From: Psilocybe cubensis
Taxonomy: Eukaryota
DNA: 64,000 nt
Reading direction: 5' to 3'
Assembly (NCBI GenBank): GCA_017499595.2
Contig: CM039001.1
Coordinates: 2,604,001 to 2,668,000, forward strand
The notes beneath the pieces are model-generated. The model was not told the DNA's origin. It made no database searches and saw nothing but the letters and a program-made list of their open reading frames with translations. Position 1 is the stretch's first letter, and the number at the start of each line of letters is the position of its first letter. Shown one piece after another: positions 38,726 through 51,660 of the stretch. The position numbers and the translations under genes were made by a program.

Positions 38726-39757
38726 ATGCCTGCCGTCCTCTTTATCCTGTCATCTGCAGACAAAAGCCTTGCTGGAAAGCAAACTGTAAATATCTTTAAA
38801 TTTCAACGCTCCTGATCTTCTTGACTAACTATTTGCGTGGATTATAGGGCTGGTATTTGCCAGAGCTTGCGCATCCGTACTACGTTCTGACTGCGAACGG
38901 CATCGACATCGATTTTGCTGCTCCCAAAGGCCCAAATCCTGTGCCAGATGAGGGAAGCATCAGAGTACGATATTAGTTTGCAAATTTACATCCGATTAAA
39001 GTTGACACTGTTTTGCAGGACTTTAAAGACGAGGACTCTGTTAAATTTTTAAATGACCCCGTTGTAAAGAATAAACTGGCTACTGCTAAAAAGCTGGCCG
39101 ACGTCTCAGCCAAAGATTACGATGGCCTTTACATCGGTGGAGGGCATGCGCCAGTGATGGATCTCCCCAATGATCCCGAAAACAATAGACTAATTGGCGA
39201 GGTCAGTCGCAAGCAAATTTTAGTCTGTCAGTGAAACGTTCTAATATATGTGCTCTTTCCTTTAGTTCTGGACGACCGGGAAACCCGTTGCAGCCGTCTG
39301 CCATGGACCAGCGTGAGATATATCGCTGCTTCTCGTCGTATCTTTGAAGTAAGCTAACAGCACCCGTCGACAGTGCTCTCGTAAACTGGAGGTCTGAGGA
39401 TGGGAAATCTTTGTTTTCTGGAAAAACAGTCACCGGTCTTTCCAACACAGAGGAAGCTATGATTGATGGCACTGGAGTGAGTTAAATGGTAATCAGTTCA
39501 TATGACGGTTTTTCAATGTTCTTTTTTCCTTTAGGATGTACCTTTCTCTTTGGAAGATAAACTTACTGAACTTGCAAAGTCCTATGTAAAAGCCGACAAG
39601 CCATTTGGGGTAATCGATCTTTCGTTTTTCATTGTAAAGTTGAAAACTCAAGTCGACATGTTCACAGGAAAAGGTCGTCGTCGATGGACAACTTATCACT
39701 GGACAAAATCCAGCCTCATCTGTATCTATTGGCAAAGCTTTGCTCAAGGCTCTTTAG
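38726..39757 (+). CDS. DJ-1/PfpI (Hsp31-like), copy 2
   Basis: GWYLPELAHPY, GGGHAP, AVCHGP, TGLSNTEE, LITGQNPAS; intron positions match copy 1. Confidence 0.9.
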
Positions 39758-40494
39758 TAGATGCAGACTTCGATCAAAGTTGATTCAGAAAGCTCGACGT
39801 TTGCAGTACAAGTACTCTGTATTACCATTTACAAATAAAGCACTCAAATCTTACTCTTGAAGATTTATCCATTTAATTGAAGAGAAAGTTACCAGTGGTT
39901 GGCAATATTTATTCATTCGTCTACACATCATGTGAATAATGAGAGTGCCGTTTACGGCGGTCCATGCCCCTAAATCATGCTTTAGTAATAAGATGATTCA
40001 GTGCAAAGCTGCACTATGTTATACCGTCAAAATAAAACTGTTGAATTCTTTCACTTTCAAAAAATGTGAAATGAATGCGTTACAATCGATCTAACTCCAT
40101 TGTTGACACAAAAGCCCAGGTGTGTTCGTAAATGTAACTTACTTAAATTGGAAATTATTTCTATTTATGGATAATCCGAAGTTGCGATACTTCTTGCCAA
40201 TGATGGAAGGGTAAATGGAATAACCAGAAGACAAGATGTAACTACTAATAAAGAAGCTCTCGCAATTCAGTTGTCTGTGCCTCGTCTTCATATCACCTGA
40301 AACATCATGCCTCGAGCTCTGTGGCCTCGTCTTGCGGTAATTCGAGTCGAGGACGGCTCTGAAGACCAGTACAAAAAATGGTCAGGGTCTCCATTTTACA
40401 TTACGAGCATCGGTACTGCCAGAAGTAGGCAACGATATAAAAGTACATTTAACCAAGAAAGAAAAGGCATGATTTATTCCTTAGTTACTGACCC

Positions 40495-41180
40495 AGGGCG
40501 AAGACTCGGTCAAGTTTTTTAACGACCCAGTCGTTAAGGAAAAGCTTGCTACGACCAAGAAGTTGTCTGAGGTCTCAGCAAAAAACTACCATGCCGTGTT
40601 CTATGTCAGAGGACATGTTCCATATATCGATCTTACTCACGATGTCGATACCAACAGGTCAATCGGAGAGGTAGGATTGAACAGATTTCTGCGGTATATG
40701 TTTCTAACTGCGGTTGATTCAGTTCTGGACGAGAGGGAAAGTAGTTTCCGCGGTAGCCCATGAACCTGAGTTAAGTAAGATAGCAAGATCTGAGTTGGTT
40801 TAAGGTGCGATCCTCAATCAAGCTCTTTGAATTCGAAGGGCACTTTGATAACCTGGAGAGACGCAGAAGGAGAGTTCATGTGTGCCGGCAGCACCACTAC
40901 AGGCCCGTCAATGTAGAGGAAGAAATGATTCATGTTGTCGAGGTAAGTATCCGAATCAATTCTTCAAAACACAATTGATGTTTAAGTGTTATTTGATCTT
41001 CCGTTCTCGCTAGAGGATAGACCTTTTGAGTTGGAAATAACCTATCTTTAAGTTGCCATGCTATTTCAGGTTAGTCGTCTGCTTTCCCAACGACATCCAG
41101 TGGCTGGTGTTATGTATTCAGGAAAAAGTTGTTATTAAAATTCAGCGTCTTCTGAAGGCCATCCAGTAGAAAGCTTATTT
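40495..41180 (+). pseudogene. DJ-1/PfpI copy 3, degraded
   Basis: EDSVKFFNDPVVKEKLATTKKLSEV...YHAVFYVRGH; catalytic AVCHGP changed to AVAHEP; apparent frameshifts or deletions downstream; N-terminal exons not recognisable. Confidence 0.75.
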
Positions 41181-41363
41181 GTTTAATGGATCCAACATTA
41201 TTAGAAGATGGACGAACCGAAAGAGTACCCCTGCATTATTGGCAGCCAATCCATTTCGTACGGTTAAGCACGTAAATGCAAATAACAATAGCCATGATAT
41301 TACAACGTCGAAGATAGACAACACACCGCGCAGCGCAAGAAAGTCGAATGTAAGGTTCGGTGG

Positions 41364-42298
41364 TCAAATATAGACCACAGACATTTGCCAGCCCTTTTTT
41401 AGAGTGAAGCCATCCAGAGCATCCTTGGCAGTAATAGCTAATTCGGCTGACTCGAACATCACCTGGGCCATTTTCACCCGAATACCGGCAGGATTAAGGG
41501 CAGGAGACCATGTAACATGGGTTTTTTGGAAACCCTTGTACCTAATTCGAATGGTACATGAATTACAATAATCAAGTAAATGATCGGCACAACGTACTGT
41601 TGGAATAGAACGGACAACACGTCGTCCGTGACTTCTTGAGGCAAGTTGGTACATAGCAGTCGTGATGATGGCTGTTGCACCTCAGTAGGCACGCTAGTTG
41701 GCGCCGCAGCTTTGCAAGGAAAGTTGTGAAGCAGATATCGTTATTTTTATGGACGTAATGCAACGTACATGAGTTCTTTTGTGGAGTTTCATCCTCATCA
41801 TCGATTTCCATTTCCTCATCTGAGTCGTCTGCCTTTTCCCTCTTCGTCTGACGGTCTGATTCTGGTTCGCCATCTCTTTGGCGCTTGCCATTTTGAGTCA
41901 CGATTGAGCTCGCGTTGGCGGACGTTGGAGGCACAAAATCGGGGTCCTCTGCGCGAAGGGTGGCATACGATTTTGACTTTGCATAGTCGATGTGCTGTTT
42001 TGAATGCATTCAACAACTAACTCCCTGTGTTGCGCGTTGCTATGGAACTCACTAGTGGTTTGTCATAGAATATCATACCTTCGCATGCTCTCATGGCAGA
42101 CGTCGCGCCTGCGAGATCAGTGAAGACGAGAAAGGCCTGGCCGCGCATTTTCTGGCTCTTTGAAGCGATGATATCGATAATTTTGCCATATGTTGTGAAG
42201 AGAGCGAATAGTTGAGTTTTGAGTTCCTCCTTGTTAACCTTGTCGTTTAGATTCTTAATGTACAAAGTTGTATTCGGCTGATTTGTTGAGGAGGACAT
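41364..42298 (-). CDS. U1A/U2B'' snRNP protein (two RRMs)
   Basis: TLYIKNLNDKV...KMRGQAFLVF...HIDYAKSKS; second RRM LLCTNLPQEV...AKDALDGFTL. Confidence 0.9.
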
Positions 42299-42650
42299 GA
42301 TTGTTCTGGACTGGAGGACTTTGACGATGGTTTGGTTGGGGCGCGCCAAAAGCGGACACATTCCCACGAAGTGCATTATTGCAAAAATAAATAGTGCGGT
42401 CAGTTGGACAGGGTCTCCTTACTTCCAGGTTGCAGCTGGCAACTTCAGATTCTCCGGAACGCGTCTTCCCTCACCCTATACCACCTTTTCTGGATACTGA
42501 CGCGCTTGCTTGTTCTCTTCTTCTCTCCTGACGCTTCACCTCGTTTCAATCTGGATTTTTAAAGGTGGTTCGATAAACCCCTCCTTTTTATACCGGCAGC
42601 GTTGGTGCTGTTCTCCCAAGCTACATACCCATTATCAAGCCTGGAGCAAA

Positions 42651-43987
42651 ATGAACACAGTATACGCTCTCGCGTCCTCGCCATATCTCACACCATTTTA
42701 CACCCTTCAATATCCTACCCCTACCCCAGAGAACACAGATTCTTTCCATGATTCGGCATACTATACCGCTGGTAAACTTGACATCTGTCTGGTAATTACG
42801 ATCATCGCAATAATGGCTATTCTACGGGACGCGTTTCGGCTGTTGATCTTCGAGCCGTTTGCCCGGTGGAAGCTGTTCAGGGATCTTAGGCGGAGACGCC
42901 AAGCGCAAGCTCTCGAGGAGAAGAAATTCAATGGATCTACCAACGGTCAAGCCAAATCCAACGGACATATTCATGCTACCAACGGGAACGGTCATCCAAA
43001 TGGAAGTGTCAATGGGAATGGTGTAACCGGGCCTACTCCCAAAGAGTTACGCCAGCTCAACCATAAAGTCCTTAGATTCGCTGAGCAAGGATGGTCAGTG
43101 GTGTATTACACTTTACAATGGTCTTTTGGTCTTGTACGTATTTTAACATTTGGTTTCTTTTTTAAAAGTTGATCTTTCCCCTAGTATGTCCATTATAATT
43201 TGCCTACCCGGATGCTGGATCCCACGGATTTGTGGGTAGCGTACCCTCACAAACACATCGCGGCTCCTGTCAAAATCTACTACCTGACCCAAAATGCATT
43301 TTATCTGCACCAAATTCTTGTTATCAACGCAGAAGCTCGAAGAAAGGATCACATACAAATGATGTCGCACCACATCATCACTATCTTTCTGATGGTGGGC
43401 AGCTACTTCTGCGACTTTACGCGTGTGGGTTGTGTAATCATGGTGCTAATGGATTGCTGTGACATATTCCTACCGGTGAGACTAACCCAGCTAATCGAGT
43501 TATTCTTTGGACTGACTATATTTTATGTAGCTAGCTAAAATGATTCGTTACCTCGAAATTAGCCAGCTACTTTGTGATATGACATTTGGCGTATTCATGA
43601 TATCTTGGCTCATAACAAGGCACATTTTATTCAATTTTGTCATCTACTCAACTATCTATGTCGGTCCCCAGCATCTGCAATGGCTATGGGATCAGGATGG
43701 TGGTCACTATGTGACAAAAAATGTATACGGCGTGTTTTGCGTTTTGCTTGTCGCACTGGAGGTACTTCATATTTTTCCCATCTGCAACCAAATGACTGAC
43801 CATGTGGACAGCTTATCCAGGTTGGATGGTTCTGGTTGATCTGCAAAGTTGTCTGGCGTGTCCTCACCACAAAAGATGGCGCGACAGACGTCCGAAGTGA
43901 TGATGAAGACGAGTAAGCGAAGTTTCTGACATCACACTCAATCATACTGAACGGTTATGCAGCCTATCAGAAGCCAAAGAAGATTAA
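42651..43987 (+). CDS. LAG1: Ceramide synthase (Lag1/TLC domain)
   Basis: RFAEQGWS; Lag1 motif RRKDHIQMMSHHIIT...TRVGCVIMVLMDCCDIFLP; DVRSDDE. Confidence 0.9.
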
Positions 43988-44593
43988 ATATTTGCATTCC
44001 CATTCGATCCTTCCAGTCAGGCCCAGGAAGAAAATTTTGGGAAATGCACGGTGTTAAAACTACTCTACGACTGTTTCATATAAAAATGATCTAACTTCAG
44101 ATCAAATCCGGACACTCCAGTAATTAAGACCTAGGACATTGCTGCACAAGCAAGTTATTTTTTTGTTACGACAGTCGCGCAACCGCGAATAGAGCTTTGA
44201 TGTAGAAGCATTGCAGTTTAATTTTTAATGCAATCCCACTAGGGCTTATGGTGTGCTCCTCAGTTGCGATTTTAATATTTTTCTTCGTTGTCCGTACTGG
44301 TCAGTACTATCGTATGTATTACTATTTCTAGTAGTAGTAGTTGAAGTAGCAATGGAAATTGGACCACGCCGATACGTCCGTGACCTTTGGGACAACGTCA
44401 ATACAGGTCATGCTTATTTCCATATCGGGGTACATCGGCAACAAAGTCGGCGTCTGTGCCTCTCAATCCACTGCGCTCTACACCTCTTTTACATCCCCCG
44501 TGAAGACCTTACCTAGTTTACATCGTTTTATCAACACCAACTCTTCCACGCCGAATCCTCAGACCTCAACTCAAAGGAATTCGAATATTATCC

Positions 44594-45816
44594 ATGATGG
44601 CCAGTTTCATGAGCTACTTCGGAGCTGGGAGGAAAGATCCCAAGCAGACAGCTCGCGACGCAATCGTCGGACTGCGGCAACAACTACAGATGATCGAGAA
44701 GAAGGAGGAATATCTGCAGAGAAAAATTGAAGAAGAAACAAAGAAATCTAGGGCAAACGCTGTGTCCAATAAGGCTGGTGCGTCAAGCCTTTGCTCCCAC
44801 CTGAGCCTTTCATTCACGTCATTGCGTTGACACTAACCTATGTTCTTCTTCTCTCATTCTGTATTTCTTATAACGCATATACACCTATATTCTTTATTGA
44901 ATCCCGGCACCTTCTGTATTCCCTTTCTGATCTGGGTTCCCGTTGATACGATGTGGTGGACAACCGATATCAACAGCGGCTCTCGCCGCGCTGAAGCGAA
45001 AGAAGGTGACTGAAAGCGAACTTGATCGGCTTGCTGGAACACGCCTTCAATTGGAGATGCAAGTAAATACCCTTGAATCAGCCAATCTAAACGCCGAAAC
45101 GATGGCGGCGATGAAGAAGGCATCCGATGCTCTCAAGGTCATTCACGGTAATCTGTGAGTCATGCTTATCTTTTCTCTCATCCCTTCACCATTGCTGCGG
45201 ACTGTTTTGTCGTGTAACTGAACATTTTACCACGTTCTACGATACTTCAATGCTTTGTATCCGAGTTCAAACGTTTTGCTTATACTCATATCCGGTTTAC
45301 AGGACCATAGACAAGGTCGATGCTACTATGAACCAAGTAAACGAACAAAGAGAGCTCGCCAACGATATTGCAGAGGCACTTGCTAATCCTATGTACACGG
45401 GCATCGACTTGGATGAGGTAGGTTTCGTTTGCACCAGATATTGTTTCCATATCTCTGATTGCCATTCAAATCCTTTCTCATTTGTTCGTCTATCTCATCG
45501 TCCATTTCTCCCTCCCATTTTCGTCCATTATTGCACATTCAACCAATACATAGTCCGAACTGGAGGCAGATTTAGAAGAGCTGCAACAAGATGTATTGAA
45601 CGAGAGATTAAACGAAGCGGATCACGCACCCGTACATCTGCCGCCAAATGCTACCAGGGCCGAAGAAAGTAAAGTTTTAGGGTTTAATCTGAAAGTCTGT
45701 CCATTACCTGACTAATTTTTTTTCTTATCGCGTGTGCAGAATCACGGAGACCCGCTGTGGCAGAGGACGACGAAGAGGAACAGCTCAAGCAGCTGCAGGC
45801 AGAGATGGCAATGTAA
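44594..45816 (+). CDS. SNF7: ESCRT-III subunit Snf7/Vps32
   Basis: AIVGLRQQLQMIEKKEEYL; ALAALKRKK; LESANLNAETM; C-term EEEQLKQLQAEMAM. Confidence 0.93.
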
Positions 45817-46453
45817 CCCATTCATCTATGGTCTTTATCTTGCTTTCACTCTCTCGGCCGGTGCCGTTATCATTTCATCGTTAGCTTGTGTACGTTTTCT
45901 TGTATATTTTATCTACACTCTCATTGGGTCCATTTGTCTGCCATTCCTCCCTAGCTACGTACTACAACGACCTTCTGCACGTTTTACGATCACTCCAAAC
46001 CTTTCGCTCCCGCTTCAAGAGATTCCCAAACTACCATCGTTATGCGGTCCACGGAATTTCACTCTTACTCAACCATTTTCTTGTGCATTAATTCTGCCTT
46101 TGGGCTTTATATTTTTACCTATCACTTAGTACATCAGCCCTTTCCTCACAAATGCCAAACTTGCTCATCGCTTTTTACTTTTTGTCCCTAAATTTTTAAA
46201 CATGTAGTTAAGTTAACCCTATACTTCTGTCTCAAGCGTCAACGTCAACTGGACTCGCGCTCCTCAGGGATGCGCTAAACTAGGATAAACTATATGCTTC
46301 ACAACCACACACTTACGTCTGTGATTTGTAAGGTAATTGGTTACATGTGCCTTTTAGCTCTGCTAATCAAGCTATGAGCTGCATGTGGATCGAAGAGTAA
46401 TCAGCAAGTGCAACAATAGCCTCAACAGAAAGGTACCAAACACAATATTTCTG

Positions 46454-48561
46454 TTAACCTTTTGTAAAATAATCCAAGTAAATATTGATAGAAGGTCGCT
46501 TAGAAGGCACCAATGACCATGAAGCCACCAACAGGGTCCAAACTTCATCGCCCAAGCCTCGTCTGGAAACTTCGGGCTCGGTCGGTCGTGGTGGATGTCT
46601 TCCTTCATAAGCTTCTCGGGAAGCTTTTAAGTGGTGCTTGATGTGAGAAAATGGTTGCTTGTGGGTCATGATCTGTTTTGAATTCAATGTCAGGCTGAGT
46701 GGAGAACATTGTATACAGGGAGACAAACTTCTAAGATAGTCATGGCTAAACTATATATGTCGGTCGCAGCGGAAAGAACACCGTCGCCTTGGAACATCTC
46801 TGGAGCACTGTACCTGCCTTTATCTAGCATTCCAGAGCTTTGAGTGAGAGGGGCCTCGGATGCATCATCAATAATCTAAAGACAAAGGTGATAATCCTTG
46901 ATGAACACATTACATGTCAACGTAACTTGGCGCTACCTTAGATACACCAAAGTCCGACAGCAAAGGTTGACCTTTATCATTCACTAGAATAGTAAGCTAA
47001 TACAGAGAGCGAGAAATAAGTTTTCTTCTGAGTCAATGTAACTGAAAATACATACAGATCATATATCACCGTGTACGAGATTCATACTGTGAAGTACAGC
47101 AACACCGCGAACAATATGTCCAACCTAGCCATGCTGGATGAGAAACTGTACAATTCAATCCAAACACCATCGCCTTACAAATTGGAAATAATCAACGCTG
47201 AGATCGTTGGCCTTCACATAAGTCAGAGCATCACCATTTTTCTGCCACGGGCTAATCATACATCTGGTGACGAAACGGGTGTTCGGTAATTTGCCTCGAA
47301 GGTGAAGCTGTTTGTTACCTACGGATGTGGCTCCCCATCCATTTGACAAAACCCGTAAAAGGGCACAATATGCTCTCCTTGGTCGCGCTTCCATATTTCG
47401 GCCCATAGCTTTGCTTCCCGCCTAAAACGCTACACAAAAATACATCAGTTGATGTAAGGAAATCAAGAAATAGGGTTTACCCTTTTATTTTTCTCGTCAA
47501 AATTCATTGAATGGATAACTTTTATGTCAACCCTCTCACTCCCTAGATAGAGGCCCTCGTATATGTCCAGTAAACCTGAAGACGATTTTCGTACAGGATT
47601 TTTGCCTATCTTCTTCACTTCTCCCGACTGAAGATGCATGTCCGGCAATAACTCTTTGCATTGGGTTTGATAATGGTATAAATTCGTGGATAATCCCTTG
47701 TGCAAAGTTGCTGCGTTTTGTTGATTTTCCCCCATAGCCTACCAGAGTTGTCAATAGAACATGAATGAAAACTCAGTAGCGAGAATACGCATAATAAGAA
47801 CCTTTTGAAGCATCGCCATCATCTGCTTCATCATGGCGTTCATTTCAGTCGTCTGGATTTCGATTTGCTGCGTAGTTTCCTGAACTTGGCTGAGACTCTG
47901 TATAAGTTCGTTGTGATCTAATCTTTGGTTCTTCTGAAATTGTGCCATCCATTCATGGATCTCAAAATGGGAAGTAAGCTGTTCCAAAGTTAGTCGAGAA
48001 AATGTGTCCATTTAAAAGCTTCATGAAACATACGTGAAAATTATTGATGCAATCGTCAATCTGCGTATGGCAGGCGGCAATATCTTTTGCTATGATATCC
48101 TGATTGAGCAGGCTCTTCACCCGGCCAAGGTTTGCCCACTCGGTCATTTTGAACTGGATATCAGTCAATTTTCTGTTACAAAATAATCAACGTGTTATAG
48201 AACGGGGTACATTTCCGATACATACTCAAGAACAGCATTTCGCGCTTGGGTTATATTGTCGCTGACGGCCTTTTCTTGATATTCGCGCATAGCGAGGACC
48301 AAGATGTGACATCGATCACAGAGTTGCCTAGCTGCATGTCTGACTCCCGGATAATTGAACAGGAATGTTTAGTACTTGTGTGCTAACAGTTAGTACAGGA
48401 TTTCTAACCCACCGATTATGAGCGACGTTCTCGCAAAGTTGGATAATACTGCAAAGGGCATCCACCAAAGGGAACAGAGCAGGCACAGGCGCAAGCTCAG
48501 CTGTGATTTGAGCAAGTGATTTTCCTAATGATAATAACAGATGAGTTGTCCCAGTAGGCAT
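46454..48561 (-). pseudogene. MLKL-like N-terminal helical domain plus TKL kinase-fold gene carrying an in-frame TGA in the catalytic loop
   Basis: N-term [23 protein letters not shown]...RQLCDRC; kinase motifs [50 protein letters not shown]. Confidence 0.7.
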
Positions 48562-48720
48562 TTTGACAGTGGATAGAGTATTTAGGCAACCCACTGAACA
48601 AGTAATTATAATCGCGTCAATAGAACATCATGGTTTTGACGATGTCCCCACAGCTGCCGCTGTCTGCCGTAATCAAAATAGTATCGGCCTGTTTGGAAAT
48701 TAGCTACACTGTACAGCCAC

Positions 48721-49802
48721 ATGCCATCTCTCTTTCCGCCCCCACTCGCACCAAACATTCCGGAGGCTCCTTCTTTGCTTGTCACGGGCAAATACCATCC
48801 ATCCGCGCCTATTCATTTAGCTCTATCGTCACACCGTGCTATTGTACTTTCTGCCTCAAGATCAGATCTAGTGTCTGATTTACAACAGTTCAACGATGCT
48901 TTCTTGAACACAGAATCTGGTAAAGGTTCTACCTCCGAGTTGTCCTCAAGGATCGAAATATTGTACCGCTTTCGTGTTTCTGACATCCTGAAACCTTCGT
49001 TCACGAATCCTTGTCGCCAGCTATCCTCCAAGTCCTGCTCATCTCTGTTTGCTTCTGTCCCTTTTACGCGTTGCCAATCCAGAGGTCGACGCGACGGAAC
49101 ACACTCCAGTTCCTCAGAAAACCGTCCAACCTATACCTCCCAGCACCATCGTTCTGCATGAGCTTTCGAGATATCTTTGGAATGAAGAAAACGCCAACAC
49201 ATCTCGTTCATCGTATGTAAATTTTGGATGTCAGCATGTCCTGCACCTCATCTCAGATTATCATACAAAAAGCTGGATGCTGTCCTCTTACTTGAATCTT
49301 CTCAACCGTCTCTTCCTTTGTATTTCTAACCTGAAGAAGTCTCCTTTGTCAGTGCAGTATTTCAATGTCGCCTCTTCTCTCTCAATTATATTGTACAGGG
49401 ATTTGCCTCCTTCCCTCGTATTGTTTGATTCAAAACTGGGGCAACTTAAACTTCTGGAAACCAACGAAAATGTTCTTTGCGAGTCATTAACTGTTATCGA
49501 AAGACTGTTTTCGTGCGTAGCCATATTCGAAGAAGGTCAGAAGATGAAATTCATCATGCCTAATTTCTGGTTTGCTTATAACCTTCAATATTGTTCTCAT
49601 AGATTCATCATATATTCCATCCTCCCAGAGTAGTGAAAGGGACACAGAAGAGGGACTTAGAAAGCAAGTACGCTACTATTGTCCGCATAAAACCGGCCCA
49701 GTTGAGATCCAAATTGACCGTTGGACGGAAATGACCCGCGATTTTATACACGGTGATCGTTTGCCGGAAAGATGGTTCAAATGGGAGCAACAAGACCCAT
49801 AA
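48721..49802 (+). CDS. Hypothetical protein, possibly a divergent SWSAP1/Rad51-paralog-like fold
   Basis: Multi-exon ORF: SLLVTG..., SRIEIL|YPPSPAHLCLLLSLL, PSTIVLHELSRYL; family assignment by eye only. Confidence 0.5.
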
Positions 49803-51660
49803 TGTCTTTGAGCGATGTATAAATACGTGTGTTCCTGTCATCGTTATGTTCTTAAGGAGTCTCCTCCCTTGCAAATTTATCCCGATGGGTGGAAATCTTT
49901 GTTGATGACTCCGTTACTCGTTATCCATGAAATCCGTGGCTTTGGCGGTCGACCTTCTCGATATGTCTGGTTCAAGCAAAGCTCGGGTCTTGACGGCGCT
50001 TAATGGGAATTCAAAGTTTCCACACGAGGCTAAAACAGCTCAATTTTCTGCCAACATGTGCTCTAAACACTCCCAATGTTGACTTATATATATTTGTGCA
50101 TTCAATACTAGCGAACAGTTATAAACTTCAAATTCTTATCTTTAACATCCAGGCTACCTATTGATCACAAGCTATCCTTTTCGTGAACTATTTTTGTCTT
50201 ACTTGCCACGCCATCTACTGACTACTTTAGATCTCAAAACTTTGCTATGAATCGCTGTTTTGAATGATGCAATGATCTACATTGTTGGCCATCTTTCGCT
50301 CTCCTCGGTCTGGCGTTCGGTTTATGTCGATGACGCTTTCGCTTTTAAAAACATTTCCCCTGTTTTTTTCTTCCTACTCAGCCATGAAACCAGTGGACAA
50401 CTCATATATACCTTGCCAGCAATGTGTGTGGTGTCTACAGTCTGAAGCACACATTTCAACTTTCTCCTGATGTCGATCTGATACAAGACAGTATCTCCTT
50501 TTACATCTCCCGGGCATAACGGCAATGGCGCCGTCAAGTCCCCGACAGACGCTGAACGGCGTCTATTCTTATTGTTTACTAGCACATCAGGGGCAAGTCG
50601 TATTGGGAGCGTGTAACACACTCTGGAAACACCTCCACTTCTTTTCAAACAACCGTGGTCCGTCCGGTGGATTCAAACATATATGTTTTGTCGAGAATAA
50701 CCACCGTTGAAACGAAGAATCTATACATTTATGCGACCCCATGCGCATACAATCCGGGCGTTGTAGGTGTAGGGTTTCTCTATGACTCATACAATGGCAT
50801 TGTGATATTTTGTGATTACTTTACCCAGAGATCACCGAGACCCCCCTTCTCACACTTCGACCGGAGAATACGACACGACTCAATTCGATCCATCATTCTC
50901 CTATTCAAGATCTACAAAGAAGTCACAAGTGTATTAGTACCTTTGTGTGCCGCAGAGATGATGAGATTATGAATTGCCGCACGAGAAGGCAATACCACTA
51001 CCCCGTTTTCGCATTTTGAATAGAATCAAGTAGGGCAAATCAATCCCATAACAATTTTATCTTCTCAATCCGAGCTCATAGACTGTCATCGTCGGGAAGT
51101 TGCGAGTGTCAATGCCACGTAAGAATAAGACAGCTCCGGCCATGTCTATCTTTGCTTTGGCTAGTTTTGAACGGAATGAGGGGCAATTTAATTGACAATA
51201 GAAATAGATAACAAAGGAACGGAATAACTGCGCAGCGAGATCGTGTCTGAACTGGTTGGGCATCCGAATCCAAAAATGAGATTATATTATGTACAAAGGA
51301 TACCAGAAAGCGATGATAGCGACAGAACAATTCAGGCAAGCGGAATAAAGGGAAGTGGGAATTTAATGTACACTAGATAGGGATGGTGAAGAGAAAGGAT
51401 TGATATCATAGTGTAGTGTGAATGATGAAGTCCTTGTTACTTTTGAGTTGGGCACTGTATTGGCGTCAATCATGAAGAATGGTGAACGTCCGTTGAAAAG
51501 CAGTGCGTTTGTCGGGAGGAACACTATGGGAACTTTGGTGGCAGAACCATCCATCTCCGCGGAAAAACTAGTTGACGTTTTTCAAGCACTCAACCTGGCT
51601 TGCTGGAGATACAAGGGTTCATTACCGGAATTAAACCTAAGCAGTGGTCTCGGAGAAAGA

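Noticed and set aside
41180-42400. U1A autoregulatory AUUGCAC (PIE-like) element
   Set aside because: No exact motif in a stem-loop context found on the sense strand.
44778-45553. Unusually long SNF7 introns as possible ncRNA hosts
   Set aside because: Pyrimidine-rich with no clear C/D or H/ACA architecture visible.
49850-51600. Long intergenic region with several short ORFs
   Set aside because: No coherent spliced protein, repeat or RNA structure could be supported.
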